Source: a virus. Taken from it: a DNA stretch of 64,000 bases. The notes under the pieces were generated by a model. That model had not been told where the DNA came from. It saw nothing but the letters and a program-made list of their open reading frames with translations, and searched no databases. The first letter of the stretch is position 1, and each line of letters opens with the position of its first letter. Location of the stretch: positions 64,001 to 128,000 of IMG/VR virus record IMGVR_UViG_3300027850_000002; one strand, given 5' to 3'. Shown here one piece after another: positions 34,539-44,397 of this stretch. A program made the position numbers and the translations under genes.

Positions 34539-37526
34539 ATGCCGGCGATGAGCCCACGCACACAGCAATTTCAAGCGGGCATGAATACCGGTCCGGACCA
34601 AGAGTCCGCTCTGTTCGAGCAGGGCATGTCCGAGATGGCATACAACCTGTTGTCATCGCGCATGCCCGACTTGATGCAGGACGTGGTCACCTTCAAGGTG
34701 CTCAACGTCGACATCGACAAGGGATCTGGTGTTGGTGCGTTCGTGGTCTTGCGCCAAGACTCGCCGATCTACGTCCCGGTCGTGATGGTCGACAATGCCA
34801 TCAAGCCGCTGGAAATTTTCTACCACAAGGCGCTGAGCGTCTTTCTGCCCCTCTCCAAGGGGTGGCTGGATGAGATCGAAAAGACGGCGCTCGCGTCACT
34901 CGGCTCTGGTGTCAAAACGCCCGAGACGCTCTACACGGACGTCGACATCCGCAACGTGGTCGTTCCCCCGATCACGGGTCGGTTCTCGTACGCCGCGTGG
35001 GTTCCCGCGGCTCTCGTTGACGTCGCACGTGTGATGTCCTCTGAGACCCTCGAGAAGGTCGCAAGCGAAGGAAGCCTCATGCTTCCGTCGCTCCTCACAG
35101 CTGCGCCGAACCGTCTGAAAACGGCGTACACCAAGCTGCTCGAACGCAACCCTCAGCTGTTCAAGCAGGCAGCTGCAACGTACGGCGTGTCCGTACTTGC
35201 TGCAGCGTTGCAGCACCGGCTCGAGAAGGTCGCTGCCAAGCAGCAGCACGGTGGCGCGCTTTGGATCGCGGACTCCGACAACACACCGACTGATTTCAGA
35301 CGCATCTTCGGCGACAAGGCCGGAGAAGCGTACGCAGGCGTGCGCGTGAAGGGCTACGCGTCGAAGGACGAGCGGCTGAACCGCAACCTGGCAGTGCAAG
35401 AGCAACCCTACGCGCAGTGGGTCGAGCCCAAGCAGCCGGGCGTCTACACGCTCTTCGCTTCTGATGCGAAGGAGCGCACTGCGTTTGTGATGCCTTTCCC
35501 GATTGACCTGTTCGACAAGGGCACGCGCTACGGCCGACGTCCGGCAGTGCCGGGACACAACCCGCTCATCAACAACTCGTACACAGACCCTGGTACCGAG
35601 AACCAGATCAAGACGTACCCCCACAGTCGGCCAAACGAGGGGGACTTTGCAACCCGTCGGCGTTTTGGCGCTGAACCGTTCCTCGCGGTGTTCGACAACG
35701 GAGACTACATCGAGCCGTCGATGCTCGTGGGACGTCCTTCCGTTGCAGATGATCTCAGCGGGTCACTGCACAAGCGGATGTTCACAGATGTGAGCGGAGC
35801 GCCGAAGGTCGGCAAGGGCTTCTTCGTTCGTCAGATGGGTACGACGTACCAAGCCACGGTGCCCATCGAGATCAAGTCGATGTCGACGGGCTCGGACGGT
35901 GTTCGTCGCATCAAGGCGACCAGCATGGGTGGCTACGAAGAGAAGACGATCGCAACAGACCCCGAGCATCCGTACAACACGATCTGGATGCCCAAGGGCG
36001 CGGACATCGCGTACCTCCCTGCGGACTTCATCTGGGTGCCGCTCAAGGAGCGCCTCAACGAGAAGTCCTGGTTCAGGTCTGCACTTGACCTACAGGCACA
36101 CGTTTCGTCGATGTTGGCTTCAGCAGGCGCGAAGAAGGTCGCGATCAAAGACGCGGGTGCCAAGCAGTTCTCCATCAACGGGATGGCACCACTCAGCTAC
36201 GTCCCTGCGCTCAAGAAACTTGCGCACGGTTGCAACATCTCGGTCGATGACGCTGAAGCACTGCTCGAAAAGACTGCGGCCGATCGATCAACGACCGCAT
36301 GGATCGCCACGAAGATGCAGCTCGCACAGGTGCAGATGCACCTCGACAAGCTTGCCGAGGACGGAGACAAGAAGAAGTCCGACGACAAGCCGAAGAAGAA
36401 GGCGCCTCCGAGCGATTCCGGAGCGCCTCCGGATGGCGGTGATCCAGGCATGGACCCGGGCATGGATCCAAACCTCGGCCAGGACGCGGCGATGGCTGCA
36501 ATGGGCCCTCCGCCGGCACCGCCGCAGCCAGCGCCGCTCGACCTCGCCGCAATGGAAATGGACCAGCACATCCAGCAGGAGATGCAGAAGCTGGTCGACA
36601 AACAGCAGACCATCCAGATGCTGCTGCAGCGTTCGAGTGAGATTGCAGGCGGCGCACCGCCCGCACCTACCGTTCAGACTCAAGCGATGGGCGCACCTCC
36701 GTCGTCGATGAACCTCGCGACGGGCGCTCCAGGCATGCAGCCCGGCATGACCGCCAGCATGGGTCAGCCGCAGCAGCCCGGCATGGATCCGTCGATGCAG
36801 GGTGGAGCGTTTCCACCTGCAGCGAACGACCCGTCGATGATGGGTGGACAGCCGCCCGGCGGTGGTCAGCCCGGCATGGACCCATCGATGGGCATGGACC
36901 CGACGATGGGTGGTCAGCCCGGCATGGACCCATCGATGGGCATGGACCCATCGATGGGCATGGACCCGACGATGGGTGGTCAGCCCGGCATGGATCCGTC
37001 GATGGGCATGGACCCGACGATGGGTGGTCAGCCCGGCATGGATCCGTCGATGGGTGCAGGCGGACCGCCTGCTATGGGTCAGGATCCGTCAATGATGGGC
37101 GGCATGGGCGGACAGCCCAGCATGGAACAGCCGCCACAACAGCCCAGCGCAATGATGCCGCCGGATGGTCCGAACGCGCAGACGCTTCCTCAGGAAGTCA
37201 ATCCGCACTTCCTCGACCAGGCGGCGCAGTTGCATTCGGCCGACATGTTCGACGCCGCAGCCGTTGCGACGCTCGCCCAGTCGCCGGCGCTTCACGGGAT
37301 CGTCGGGCAGTACCTGCCGAACCTCGAGAAGGCTGTCGACAACCTTGCACGTGTTCTCTTGACCTTGTGGATGCAGGAGTCGGACCTCAAGCCGCAGATC
37401 GGCGAACAGACCTTCTCGGGCCTCGAGGACAACCTGCAGACGACGTTCAAGGGTCTCGGAGACCTCGTGCTCCGTTTGAGCCGTGGTGTTCAGGCGGTCA
37501 AGGAGCCGGACAACCATGCGTCATGA
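34539..37526 (+). CDS. Large head-associated protein with K-x-A sites and Gly/Met/Pro repeat region
   Basis: 995 aa; EKVAS, EKVAA, EKTAA, DKLAE; GMDPSM repeats. Confidence 0.75.
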   Translation: MPAMSPRTQQFQAGMNTGPDQESALFEQGMSEMAYNLLSSRMPDLMQDVVTFKVLNVDIDKGSGVGAFVVLRQDSPIYVPVVMVDNAIKPLEIFYHKALSVFLPLSKGWLDEIEKTALASLGSGVKTPETLYTDVDIRNVVVPPITGRFSYAAWVPAALVDVARVMSSETLEKVASEGSLMLPSLLTAAPNRLKTAYTKLLERNPQLFKQAAATYGVSVLAAALQHRLEKVAAKQQHGGALWIADSDNTPTDFRRIFGDKAGEAYAGVRVKGYASKDERLNRNLAVQEQPYAQWVEPKQPGVYTLFASDAKERTAFVMPFPIDLFDKGTRYGRRPAVPGHNPLINNSYTDPGTENQIKTYPHSRPNEGDFATRRRFGAEPFLAVFDNGDYIEPSMLVGRPSVADDLSGSLHKRMFTDVSGAPKVGKGFFVRQMGTTYQATVPIEIKSMSTGSDGVRRIKATSMGGYEEKTIATDPEHPYNTIWMPKGADIAYLPADFIWVPLKERLNEKSWFRSALDLQAHVSSMLASAGAKKVAIKDAGAKQFSINGMAPLSYVPALKKLAHGCNISVDDAEALLEKTAADRSTTAWIATKMQLAQVQMHLDKLAEDGDKKKSDDKPKKKAPPSDSGAPPDGGDPGMDPGMDPNLGQDAAMAAMGPPPAPPQPAPLDLAAMEMDQHIQQEMQKLVDKQQTIQMLLQRSSEIAGGAPPAPTVQTQAMGAPPSSMNLATGAPGMQPGMTASMGQPQQPGMDPSMQGGAFPPAANDPSMMGGQPPGGGQPGMDPSMGMDPTMGGQPGMDPSMGMDPSMGMDPTMGGQPGMDPSMGMDPTMGGQPGMDPSMGAGGPPAMGQDPSMMGGMGGQPSMEQPPQQPSAMMPPDGPNAQTLPQEVNPHFLDQAAQLHSADMFDAAAVATLAQSPALHGIVGQYLPNLEKAVDNLARVLLTLWMQESDLKPQIGEQTFSGLEDNLQTTFKGLGDLVLRLSRGVQAVKEPDNHAS
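36861..37055 (+). repeat. Coding tandem repeat (48/66/48-nt units built from 18-nt GMDP[ST]M modules)
   Basis: ggtggtcagcccggcatgga[ct]cc[ag]tcgatg at 36861, 36909, 36975, 37023. Confidence 0.9.
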
Positions 37527-38187
37527 ACGCAGTCCCGACGACCGATTTCACGCCACTCTCCGGTCTCCGCATGCACCGGCGCATCCGTACGAAAACGCAC
37601 TCTGGCAGCACAAGACCGCGGGTGTGGCTGATGCCGTCGTTGAGCGTGTAGTCGACGCATACGAAGACCACTTCGAGCGCGAACTGCTTCAGGCATGGAT
37701 CATTGCGGGTGCAACCGACGAAGACATCAACAGGCGCATCGGCATGTCGCTTGATATGTTGATTCAGTACCGCCATCTCTGCTGCAACGTTTTCGCGTTT
37801 CGCGACAAACTAGAGATGATGCGATGGGTCAATAACTACAAGGGTTCTCGCTCGGGCAAGATTCTGCTCGAGAAGGCGCTCCACTTCGACGGCATCGAAG
37901 CAATCGCACACTTGAGCGGTCTTCCGACCAATCTCAGCGCAGACCATGTCAACGAGCAAGTACTGCGTGAATCATACTTCCGAGGCATCAGCACACTACG
38001 CGCCTCGAGCATCTCGGGACCTGACGCATTGGCCGCACATCAACTGATGAAGACTGCGACTGCTACGGCTGCGGCTGTGGCAAATCGAGGTGGACCGAAC
38101 ATGTCGGAGACGTTGCTCAAACTCAAGCACCGCGAGGTGACGTGGCATGTCGAGGACATCGCGCCTCACGGGGAGATTCTTCACTGA
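37516..38187 (+). CDS. Hypothetical protein
   Basis: Probable start MRHERSPDD at 37516, overlapping the upstream stop region. Confidence 0.7.
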   Translation: MRHERSPDDRFHATLRSPHAPAHPYENALWQHKTAGVADAVVERVVDAYEDHFERELLQAWIIAGATDEDINRRIGMSLDMLIQYRHLCCNVFAFRDKLEMMRWVNNYKGSRSGKILLEKALHFDGIEAIAHLSGLPTNLSADHVNEQVLRESYFRGISTLRASSISGPDALAAHQLMKTATATAAAVANRGGPNMSETLLKLKHREVTWHVEDIAPHGEILH

Positions 38188-39203
38188 TGCGTGCATTCCG
38201 AGAACAAGACTTCGATCAGATGGCTGAGCGTGTCGTCGATCGTTTCATGAATGGCGCAAAGCTTGCGGATGCAGCGACTGCTGAAGCCGCGGGCGGTGCG
38301 TTGAACCCCGACCAGATCGCGCGCATGGTCCAGGCGGCGAACACACAGGCGTTCTTGCGTCTCATGGACCAACAGAAGGCCCAGGGCGTTCCGGACATGA
38401 CGAACGAGTTCGACCCCATCGACGCTCGCCAGATCGTCCAGCAGCTGATCAACCAGGTCCACGTTCCACACATGGACGGTCCCGGCGGCGAAATGCCTTC
38501 GATGCCAGGCGCAGGCGGAATGCCTCCACACGGTCCCGAAGACGACGCGATGTTGCCGCCGCACGCAGAACCTGACGGTGACGAAGGCGGGATGCCTCCG
38601 ATGCCACCCGGCGGCGACGACGGTCCGTTGCCGAACGAGATGGGTCTGCACGACCTCAGCGGCGATGAACCGGACGAGCCTGCGCACGGCGCCGGTGATG
38701 ACGACGACGGTCCGTTCCCCAAGGGCAAGAAGCAGAAGGCCAAGGACGACGGCGACAAGAAAGACAAGAAGAAGTCGCCGTTCCCGCCCAAGAAGGACGA
38801 AGCGAAGGAAGCGGCGTTCCGCGGTCGTCGCATCGACAAACTCGCGAGCGTACTCGAGGACCAGTACAAGCAGGCAGAGTGGGCGTTCGAAGACGTGTTC
38901 GCCAATCTCGGTCAGCAACTACGCCGTGCACACGGTGCACCTTCGGCAGCGGCATTCGAAAAGGACGCTCTCGCACTTCACAATCATGAGATCGGCCTCG
39001 TCGTGCTGAACATGGTCAAGGAGAGCCAAGGGCTGCCCCCAATCTCTGCGGATGACGCGGCCACGAAGACCGCGGCACTCGCAGACCGACATCTCGTCGA
39101 CGACACCGAGACCAATCGGACGTTCGCAACCCTGGTCAAGATCGCGGTCGACGCGAATCGTCTATGCCTCGGCGCCGCCCATGCGAGGTCCCAGTGCAGC
39201 TGA
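38187..39203 (+). CDS. Head-associated K-x-A-rich protein with Pro/Gly/Asp-rich linker
   Basis: TGATG overlap; LNPDQIARMVQAANTQAF; AKEAA, DKLAS, TKTAA. Confidence 0.7.
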   Translation: MRAFREQDFDQMAERVVDRFMNGAKLADAATAEAAGGALNPDQIARMVQAANTQAFLRLMDQQKAQGVPDMTNEFDPIDARQIVQQLINQVHVPHMDGPGGEMPSMPGAGGMPPHGPEDDAMLPPHAEPDGDEGGMPPMPPGGDDGPLPNEMGLHDLSGDEPDEPAHGAGDDDDGPFPKGKKQKAKDDGDKKDKKKSPFPPKKDEAKEAAFRGRRIDKLASVLEDQYKQAEWAFEDVFANLGQQLRRAHGAPSAAAFEKDALALHNHEIGLVVLNMVKESQGLPPISADDAATKTAALADRHLVDDTETNRTFATLVKIAVDANRLCLGAAHARSQCS

Positions 39204-39988
39204 CCGATGTGCTTCTACTGGCCGTGCGTGAAGGCGTACGTCGTCATGTCGAGAAACGTGCGGGTATCATGTTGCCACTCGCGGTCGGAGCGATGCTTCC
39301 CGGCATCGTGAACAAGGTGGTCAACCGCGCACACTCGACCGAGAAGCAGATCGAAAAGACGCACTACGACCCGATGAAGGTGGCAGCCATGTCGTCGTTG
39401 GCCGGGCTTTTTGGAGGCCTGGGTCGAGGTGCGTCGTCCGCAGGACACGGGATGTTTGGACAAGAAAACAAAAGCAACAAACCCAGCGGCTTTCGTGGTG
39501 GCCTCAGTGACCTGGGCGCGTCTCCAGTCGCGGGTGTTGCGAAGGGCATCTCTGGCGGCATCGGTCGTCGCATTGACCAAATGTTCGGCGGCCACGAGTT
39601 CGGTGAAAAAAAGGACCCGTACCACATGGGTGCGGGCGCCGCTGTACAGTCGTTCGGCAAAGAGATGGGTACGTCAGGGGCAAACCTGCTACGCGATATC
39701 GCGAACAAGGCGATGGAGGCAGCGGGTCACACAGGCGACGCTTCGGCACGCGAAGCCATCATCGGCGACCTCAAGCGTTCCGATTCCGTCCTCGCGAACG
39801 CGGACGACAAGACGCTCATGGAGGCCTACCACACGATGGCGCGCTTCGCGCCCGTGCTCTCGACGGACAAGAACGCCGTACGATCGTTCCTCCGCCAGGC
39901 CGTGATGGCTGGCTCAGGTCCTGACTTCATGTCCATCAAGCTGCTCGCAGACTCCGAACGCGCCGTCACGGGCGACAAGGATCGATAA
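39194..39988 (+). CDS. Head-associated protein, Gly-rich, K-x-A sites
   Basis: EKRA/GIMLPLAVG; MKVAA; C-terminal helical domain. Confidence 0.7.
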   Translation: MQLTDVLLLAVREGVRRHVEKRAGIMLPLAVGAMLPGIVNKVVNRAHSTEKQIEKTHYDPMKVAAMSSLAGLFGGLGRGASSAGHGMFGQENKSNKPSGFRGGLSDLGASPVAGVAKGISGGIGRRIDQMFGGHEFGEKKDPYHMGAGAAVQSFGKEMGTSGANLLRDIANKAMEAAGHTGDASAREAIIGDLKRSDSVLANADDKTLMEAYHTMARFAPVLSTDKNAVRSFLRQAVMAGSGPDFMSIKLLADSERAVTGDKDR

Positions 39989-40446
39989 TGACCCTCGACG
40001 ACCTCATCCCGCCGAACGTCACTGCTGCTGTTCGCGATCTTGGACTTCACAAGATCGCAGGCGCGATGCTCGGCGTCCCTGAGCTGACCATCAAAGAGGC
40101 TGTGGCCACGGTTGGCGCGAAGGCCTACCTCCGTCGCAAGGAAGCGCGCAGCATCGTCGATGGCATCGTAGCCTTCGCCGCACTGACGAACGAGAAGGTC
40201 GCGGACAACGCTGCGCTCATGGCGATGCTTCGCCGTGCTGCAATGCCGGCGCTCGCGGGCGCGGGTATCGCGGCGATTCCCCAGCTCATGTCGAACGACC
40301 CGAACCAATATGGTCACGAAAGTCTCTTGCCCGCGATGGGTATGGGCGCCCTACTCGGCGGCGGCATGGGTGCGATGAACTCCATGCGGCAGCTCCCACC
40401 TGATGTCAGCCAAGGCGCGGCACACGCTTTCCGCCAGATGCCATGA
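39988..40446 (+). CDS. Glycine-zipper protein with K-x-A sites
   Basis: HKIAG, EKVAD; GMGALLGGGMG. Confidence 0.7.
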   Translation: MTLDDLIPPNVTAAVRDLGLHKIAGAMLGVPELTIKEAVATVGAKAYLRRKEARSIVDGIVAFAALTNEKVADNAALMAMLRRAAMPALAGAGIAAIPQLMSNDPNQYGHESLLPAMGMGALLGGGMGAMNSMRQLPPDVSQGAAHAFRQMP

Positions 40447-41012
40447 CGTCCTTTGCTCGCGCTCTCGAAACGTCGGTCCTTCTCGCGGAGAAGATCGCGT
40501 CGTCGCGCTCGGAAAACCCGACGTTACGAGAGAAGCTCGCGCTCGCTGACTTCGCTGCGTTCGGCCTCTTCAAGCGGGCAGCGCTCGACCCAGCGGCCTT
40601 GTCTTCGCTGCAGCGTGGACTCGGTTGGGGTGTTGGGCTCGGAATCCCCGCGCTCGCTGCGGGACACATGTTCTTGAACGATGCGCGCGACCACAGCGGC
40701 GAAGTCCTGCGTGATGCACGCAACCAAGCGCTCATCACGGCAGCGGGCGTTGGCGGCATGCAAGCGCTCGGGGAGGCTTTCAAACGGAAGCCACAACCGT
40801 CGCAACACAACGTCAACGTTTCAATGCCGCAACAGCCAGAGCAGCCACAGCTCGACGATCAGCAAAGGCTCGCCGCCGCCATCATGGTCGATGATGTGCT
40901 CGAGGCAGCGTGCAGTCAGCTTAGCGATCCTGTCGCAAAGCACGCAGCGCTCGTGGAACTCATCAAACACCGCAGTGAAGCGACGAACCTTCTACGGAGT
41001 CTTTTGTCGTGA
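40443..41012 (+). CDS. K-x-A-rich protein with hydrophobic Gly-rich segment
   Basis: EKIAS, EKLAL, FKRAA; GLGWGVGLGIPALAAG. Confidence 0.7.
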   Translation: MTSFARALETSVLLAEKIASSRSENPTLREKLALADFAAFGLFKRAALDPAALSSLQRGLGWGVGLGIPALAAGHMFLNDARDHSGEVLRDARNQALITAAGVGGMQALGEAFKRKPQPSQHNVNVSMPQQPEQPQLDDQQRLAAAIMVDDVLEAACSQLSDPVAKHAALVELIKHRSEATNLLRSLLS

Positions 41013-42751
41013 AGAAGATCATCGAGCTGGATGACTACTTTCCGACGGGTGAACCGACCGTTCAAATCATCCTGCCGTGGAACAACGGACGTAGCGTCGA
41101 CACGAGTCGTGTTACCAAGTACGCGTCCGAAGCGCTCGATTACATCAAGCACGTCGCACCTGAGCCTGGCAAAACCGCGCTCCTGCTCAACGCGATGGGC
41201 GCCGAGGAGACCTACGGACCGAACCGCAACGGCGATGGGTTCCCTGAGTTTCCCGTCCCAGCTCGCGGCAAGATTGCATCGGCAGATCGTCGTTGGTTCG
41301 TACCACCGGGCGAAGAGCTGACGCACCATTACGCGTCGTTCGAAAAGAATCCTGCCCACGCGTTCATGCACCACGCAAACCGAGATCCGTCGAAGGCCTC
41401 TGGCGTGGTGAAGAAGGCGTTCTGGAATCCGCGCATGCATCGCGTGGAGCTGCTTACCCTTGTCGACAACGACAAGGACCCCGAGTGGATCAAGCGTGCG
41501 AGCGACGGTGAGTTCGTGCCCGTCAGCATGGGCTGTCGAATCAAGCGTGATGTCTGCGCACGATGCGGCAACGAAGCGCCCACGCGCGCGGACTACTGCG
41601 ACCACGTGAAGTTCGCGATGAATCAGGTCGACTCGAACGGGTTCAAGGACTATGTCCACAACCCATCGCCCGACTTTTTCGACATCTCGCGCGTGTTCCG
41701 CCCTGCGGATCGTACGGGCTACACACTCAAGAAAGTCGCAGAGACCTACGAGGTCCGACTCTCGGCAGACCTCGGCGAGATCGCCGATCGTCTCGCGCTC
41801 AAGAGCGGTGCTTCGCAAAAGCTATCCGACATCGACAAAGTGATTCGCGCTGAACCGCTCGCGTCCAGTACGCTCACACCAGACGAGAAATCGTTCATCG
41901 TAAAATTCCGGGACCACGCGGGTCCCAAGCTCGCGGCTGCACCGCGCATCAACACGGCAGGTCTGCATGTGTGGTCTCTCGGAGAGACGCTCACCGCTGC
42001 CGCAAAACACGGTGTCGTATTCAACGACCGTGAATTCATCGGACTCGCAACAAGCAAGCTCGCAGGACATCCAGTCACATTGCTTGAAGCACAGACGGAC
42101 AAGATCGCAGCCGCCGGTCGTTGGTCGCTCGCGCTGTTTGCTGAACGCCCTGAGCTACTCGCCGAAGTGATTGATAGCGGCGTGCTCGAGTCTTCAAAGA
42201 CCGCGAAGGAGTTAGATGTATTCTTCGCGAGTGTGAGCGAGAAGCGTGCGTACGCCGGAGAGATGCTCTATCGACGTCTCGTACCTGAAGATATCGGACT
42301 TGGCCCTGACGCTGCGCCCACCACGGACGTGCTGCACACGCAATACGGTGACACCACACGCGGTGCAGCGATCGATGCACAAGACGCAGTCACGCGAGCA
42401 CACATGGGCAAGGTGGTTGGCGGTGCAGGTCTGCTCCTCGGCGGATACAAAGCGCTCACTGCATTTCCATGGATGCGTAAATTCAAGGTGCCGCTTGCGA
42501 TCGGAGCAGGGGCTCTCGGCGCATCCACGTTGGGCAAACGTCCTGGTGGAACAATGCGTACCGATGAAGGCTACGACATTCCAGACATCACAGAACTGAC
42601 GTCGAAGACTGCATCGCAGGCGGCGTTTGTTCACCTTATCGAATGCGCACAAACAATGACGCGCAGATTCGATTTCTCGAGTATCAAGGTTGCGAACCTG
42701 GCGTCGTTAGATCAGGTGGCCATGGCGCTCGGTTCCATCGTCTTGACTTGA
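41009..42751 (+). CDS. Prohead (capsid maturation) protease with Zn-binding insert and K-x-A-rich C-terminal extension
   Basis: NRNGDGFP, FMHH (candidate His), VSMGC (candidate Ser), CARCG...CDH, FFDISRVFRPAD; upstream of the capsid genes. Confidence 0.75.
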   Translation: MKKIIELDDYFPTGEPTVQIILPWNNGRSVDTSRVTKYASEALDYIKHVAPEPGKTALLLNAMGAEETYGPNRNGDGFPEFPVPARGKIASADRRWFVPPGEELTHHYASFEKNPAHAFMHHANRDPSKASGVVKKAFWNPRMHRVELLTLVDNDKDPEWIKRASDGEFVPVSMGCRIKRDVCARCGNEAPTRADYCDHVKFAMNQVDSNGFKDYVHNPSPDFFDISRVFRPADRTGYTLKKVAETYEVRLSADLGEIADRLALKSGASQKLSDIDKVIRAEPLASSTLTPDEKSFIVKFRDHAGPKLAAAPRINTAGLHVWSLGETLTAAAKHGVVFNDREFIGLATSKLAGHPVTLLEAQTDKIAAAGRWSLALFAERPELLAEVIDSGVLESSKTAKELDVFFASVSEKRAYAGEMLYRRLVPEDIGLGPDAAPTTDVLHTQYGDTTRGAAIDAQDAVTRAHMGKVVGGAGLLLGGYKALTAFPWMRKFKVPLAIGAGALGASTLGKRPGGTMRTDEGYDIPDITELTSKTASQAAFVHLIECAQTMTRRFDFSSIKVANLASLDQVAMALGSIVLT

Positions 42752-42753
42752 AT

Positions 42754-42782
42754 TTGTTTTTCACCGCACGGCCCCCTATCAT
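42754..42782 (+). promoter_or_regulatory. Promoter TTGTTT-N17-TATCAT (CCCCCTATCATT)
   Basis: Intergenic, upstream of GGAG SD and ATG 42810. Confidence 0.65.
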
Positions 42783-42809
42783 TTTCACCGTAACGGAGAC
42801 GGCAATTCC

Positions 42810-43388
42810 ATGAAGCTCTCAAACGCACTCGGGATGATCAAAGGCGGCGAAAAGACCGCGAGCGCACCTGCGCCCACGGGAACTGCCTCTTCGTCGAGCG
42901 ACGCCGGCGAGCGCCTCAAGCAGGCACTCAAAGAAGCGACCGCTCCGGCACTACAGGCCAAGACGGCGGGTCAAGCCTCGCCCATCGAGGACCTGACCAA
43001 GATCGCCAATGACCTGAGCAAGGCCGAACATGACGCGCTGACCAAGGAGGCGCAGATGTATGGCGCCGCGGTCTGCGATGGTTTCATGGCGCGCGCAGCT
43101 CAGTACCAGGAAGCGGCCACGAAGGTCGCGGCCACGATGCCCACGAAGACCGCCGCGGTTGCAGGGGGCACATCGGACTTCGAGAAGTTCGCGTTCGAGA
43201 ACCCCGACCTGGTGAAGGAAGCCGCGGAACTCGGCTACGCCACCACGAAGAACCAGCTCGAGAAGCTCGGCGAAGCAGCCTACGCCAAGGGCTGGAACGA
43301 CACGGTCGAGACAATCCACAAGACGGCGAGCGATGCATTCATCGCCGGCTTCAAGGACACCCTCGCTCTGTTCGAGGGCGCACGCTGA
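42810..43388 (+). CDS. Scaffold-like helical protein with about 10 K-x-A sites
   Basis: EKTAS, AKTAG, TKIAN, TKEAQ, TKVAA, TKTAA, VKEAA, HKTAS; internal AAYAKGWNDT. Confidence 0.7.
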   Translation: MKLSNALGMIKGGEKTASAPAPTGTASSSSDAGERLKQALKEATAPALQAKTAGQASPIEDLTKIANDLSKAEHDALTKEAQMYGAAVCDGFMARAAQYQEAATKVAATMPTKTAAVAGGTSDFEKFAFENPDLVKEAAELGYATTKNQLEKLGEAAYAKGWNDTVETIHKTASDAFIAGFKDTLALFEGAR

Positions 43389-43391
43389 TCC

Positions 43392-43667
43392 ATGTCCGAT
43401 GTGAGCTACATCGACGCGGTCTCTCGCCTCAAGCATGCAGCTGAGGTGAAGGCCGCCGCAGATCCGGCGCTCGTCAAGGCGCTGCTCGGCGGAGGTGCAC
43501 TACTCGGTGGTGGTGCACTGCTCGGAAGCCATGTCGCGCACAAGCGCGATGAGGCAGCGCGCGAGCGCGCGAAGAACACTGGCTTCGGAGCTGGTGTTGC
43601 AACAGGTATGGTGGGTCCCCAGATCATTGATGCATTGCACGCCGTGATGCACCGAGGTGGTCAGTGA
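43392..43667 (+). CDS. Small glycine-zipper protein
   Basis: LKHAA, VKAAA; LLGGGALLGGGALLG. Confidence 0.7.
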   Translation: MSDVSYIDAVSRLKHAAEVKAAADPALVKALLGGGALLGGGALLGSHVAHKRDEAARERAKNTGFGAGVATGMVGPQIIDALHAVMHRGGQ

Positions 43668-43873
43668 GCCGCGTCCATCTTTCTCTTGTCGTTGACGAGG
43701 TGCTCGCCGAGGCGAACACCGTGTCCATGCGCAAGAACGCCGAAACGACTGCGATCAAGGTCGCAGCAGCGCAACCCAAGACCGAGACAGCGCGCAGCCT
43801 GCGTGCCCTCGCTGACGAAGTTCGTACTGCATCTGACGATGTGACGTACGATGACTTCACGGGTGCACTGTGA
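43664..43873 (+). CDS. Small helical K-x-A protein
   Basis: GTGA overlaps; RKNAE, IKVAA. Confidence 0.65.
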   Translation: MSRVHLSLVVDEVLAEANTVSMRKNAETTAIKVAAAQPKTETARSLRALADEVRTASDDVTYDDFTGAL

Positions 43874-44025
43874 AGGAATCTGAAATGCTTCGTTCGATTG
43901 CGAATGACCTGCGCGAGCAGGGCACAAAGCAAGCCGAGACCCGCAAGGTCAAGGCAGCAAGCATCCTCGTTGCAGCGACCGGATTCGGTATGCTGCGCGC
44001 CAAGCTCGGAGGCACTCGTGGTTAA
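43870..44025 (+). CDS. 51-aa protein (not in ORF track)
   Basis: MKESEMLRSIANDLREQGTKQAETRKVKAASILVAATGFGMLRAKLGGTRG; overlaps both neighbours. Confidence 0.6.
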   Translation: MKESEMLRSIANDLREQGTKQAETRKVKAASILVAATGFGMLRAKLGGTRG

Positions 44026-44371
44026 TCACGCCAAGCTCGCGGCGGTCTTCGACGCGATGGCCGACTACATCGACGAAGTCGAGACCGAGAAGACCTCATC
44101 TGTCGAAAGCGCGCGTCAAGCTCGCATCGACAAGGTTGCAACCCTACACGCCGCCGCGCACGGTGAAGAGTTGTCCGAGACCACACGCAAGAAGCTCGCT
44201 TCTAGCGATGCGGCCCTCGATTATGTCGAGGACTTGCTGTCCAAGCAGGCCGGCGTCGTTACTCCCCTCGGTGCAGGAGCGTCATCGGACGATGACACTC
44301 AGCCCAAGACAATCAAACAAGCAGCTGATGCGGCGGACGAACGATTCGTCAGCTGGATCGTTTCCTCGTAG
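44018..44371 (+). CDS. Probable scaffolding protein
   Basis: GTG start after GGAGG; helical; AKLAA, DKVAT, KKLAS, SKQAG, IKQAA; immediately upstream of the capsid genes. Confidence 0.55.
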   Translation: MVNHAKLAAVFDAMADYIDEVETEKTSSVESARQARIDKVATLHAAAHGEELSETTRKKLASSDAALDYVEDLLSKQAGVVTPLGAGASSDDDTQPKTIKQAADAADERFVSWIVSS

Positions 44372-44397
44372 CGCATTCTTTCCGGAGGCAGACTAAG

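Noticed and set aside
36861-37055. CRISPR array
   Set aside because: Repeats are contiguous, in-frame coding units with no unique spacers
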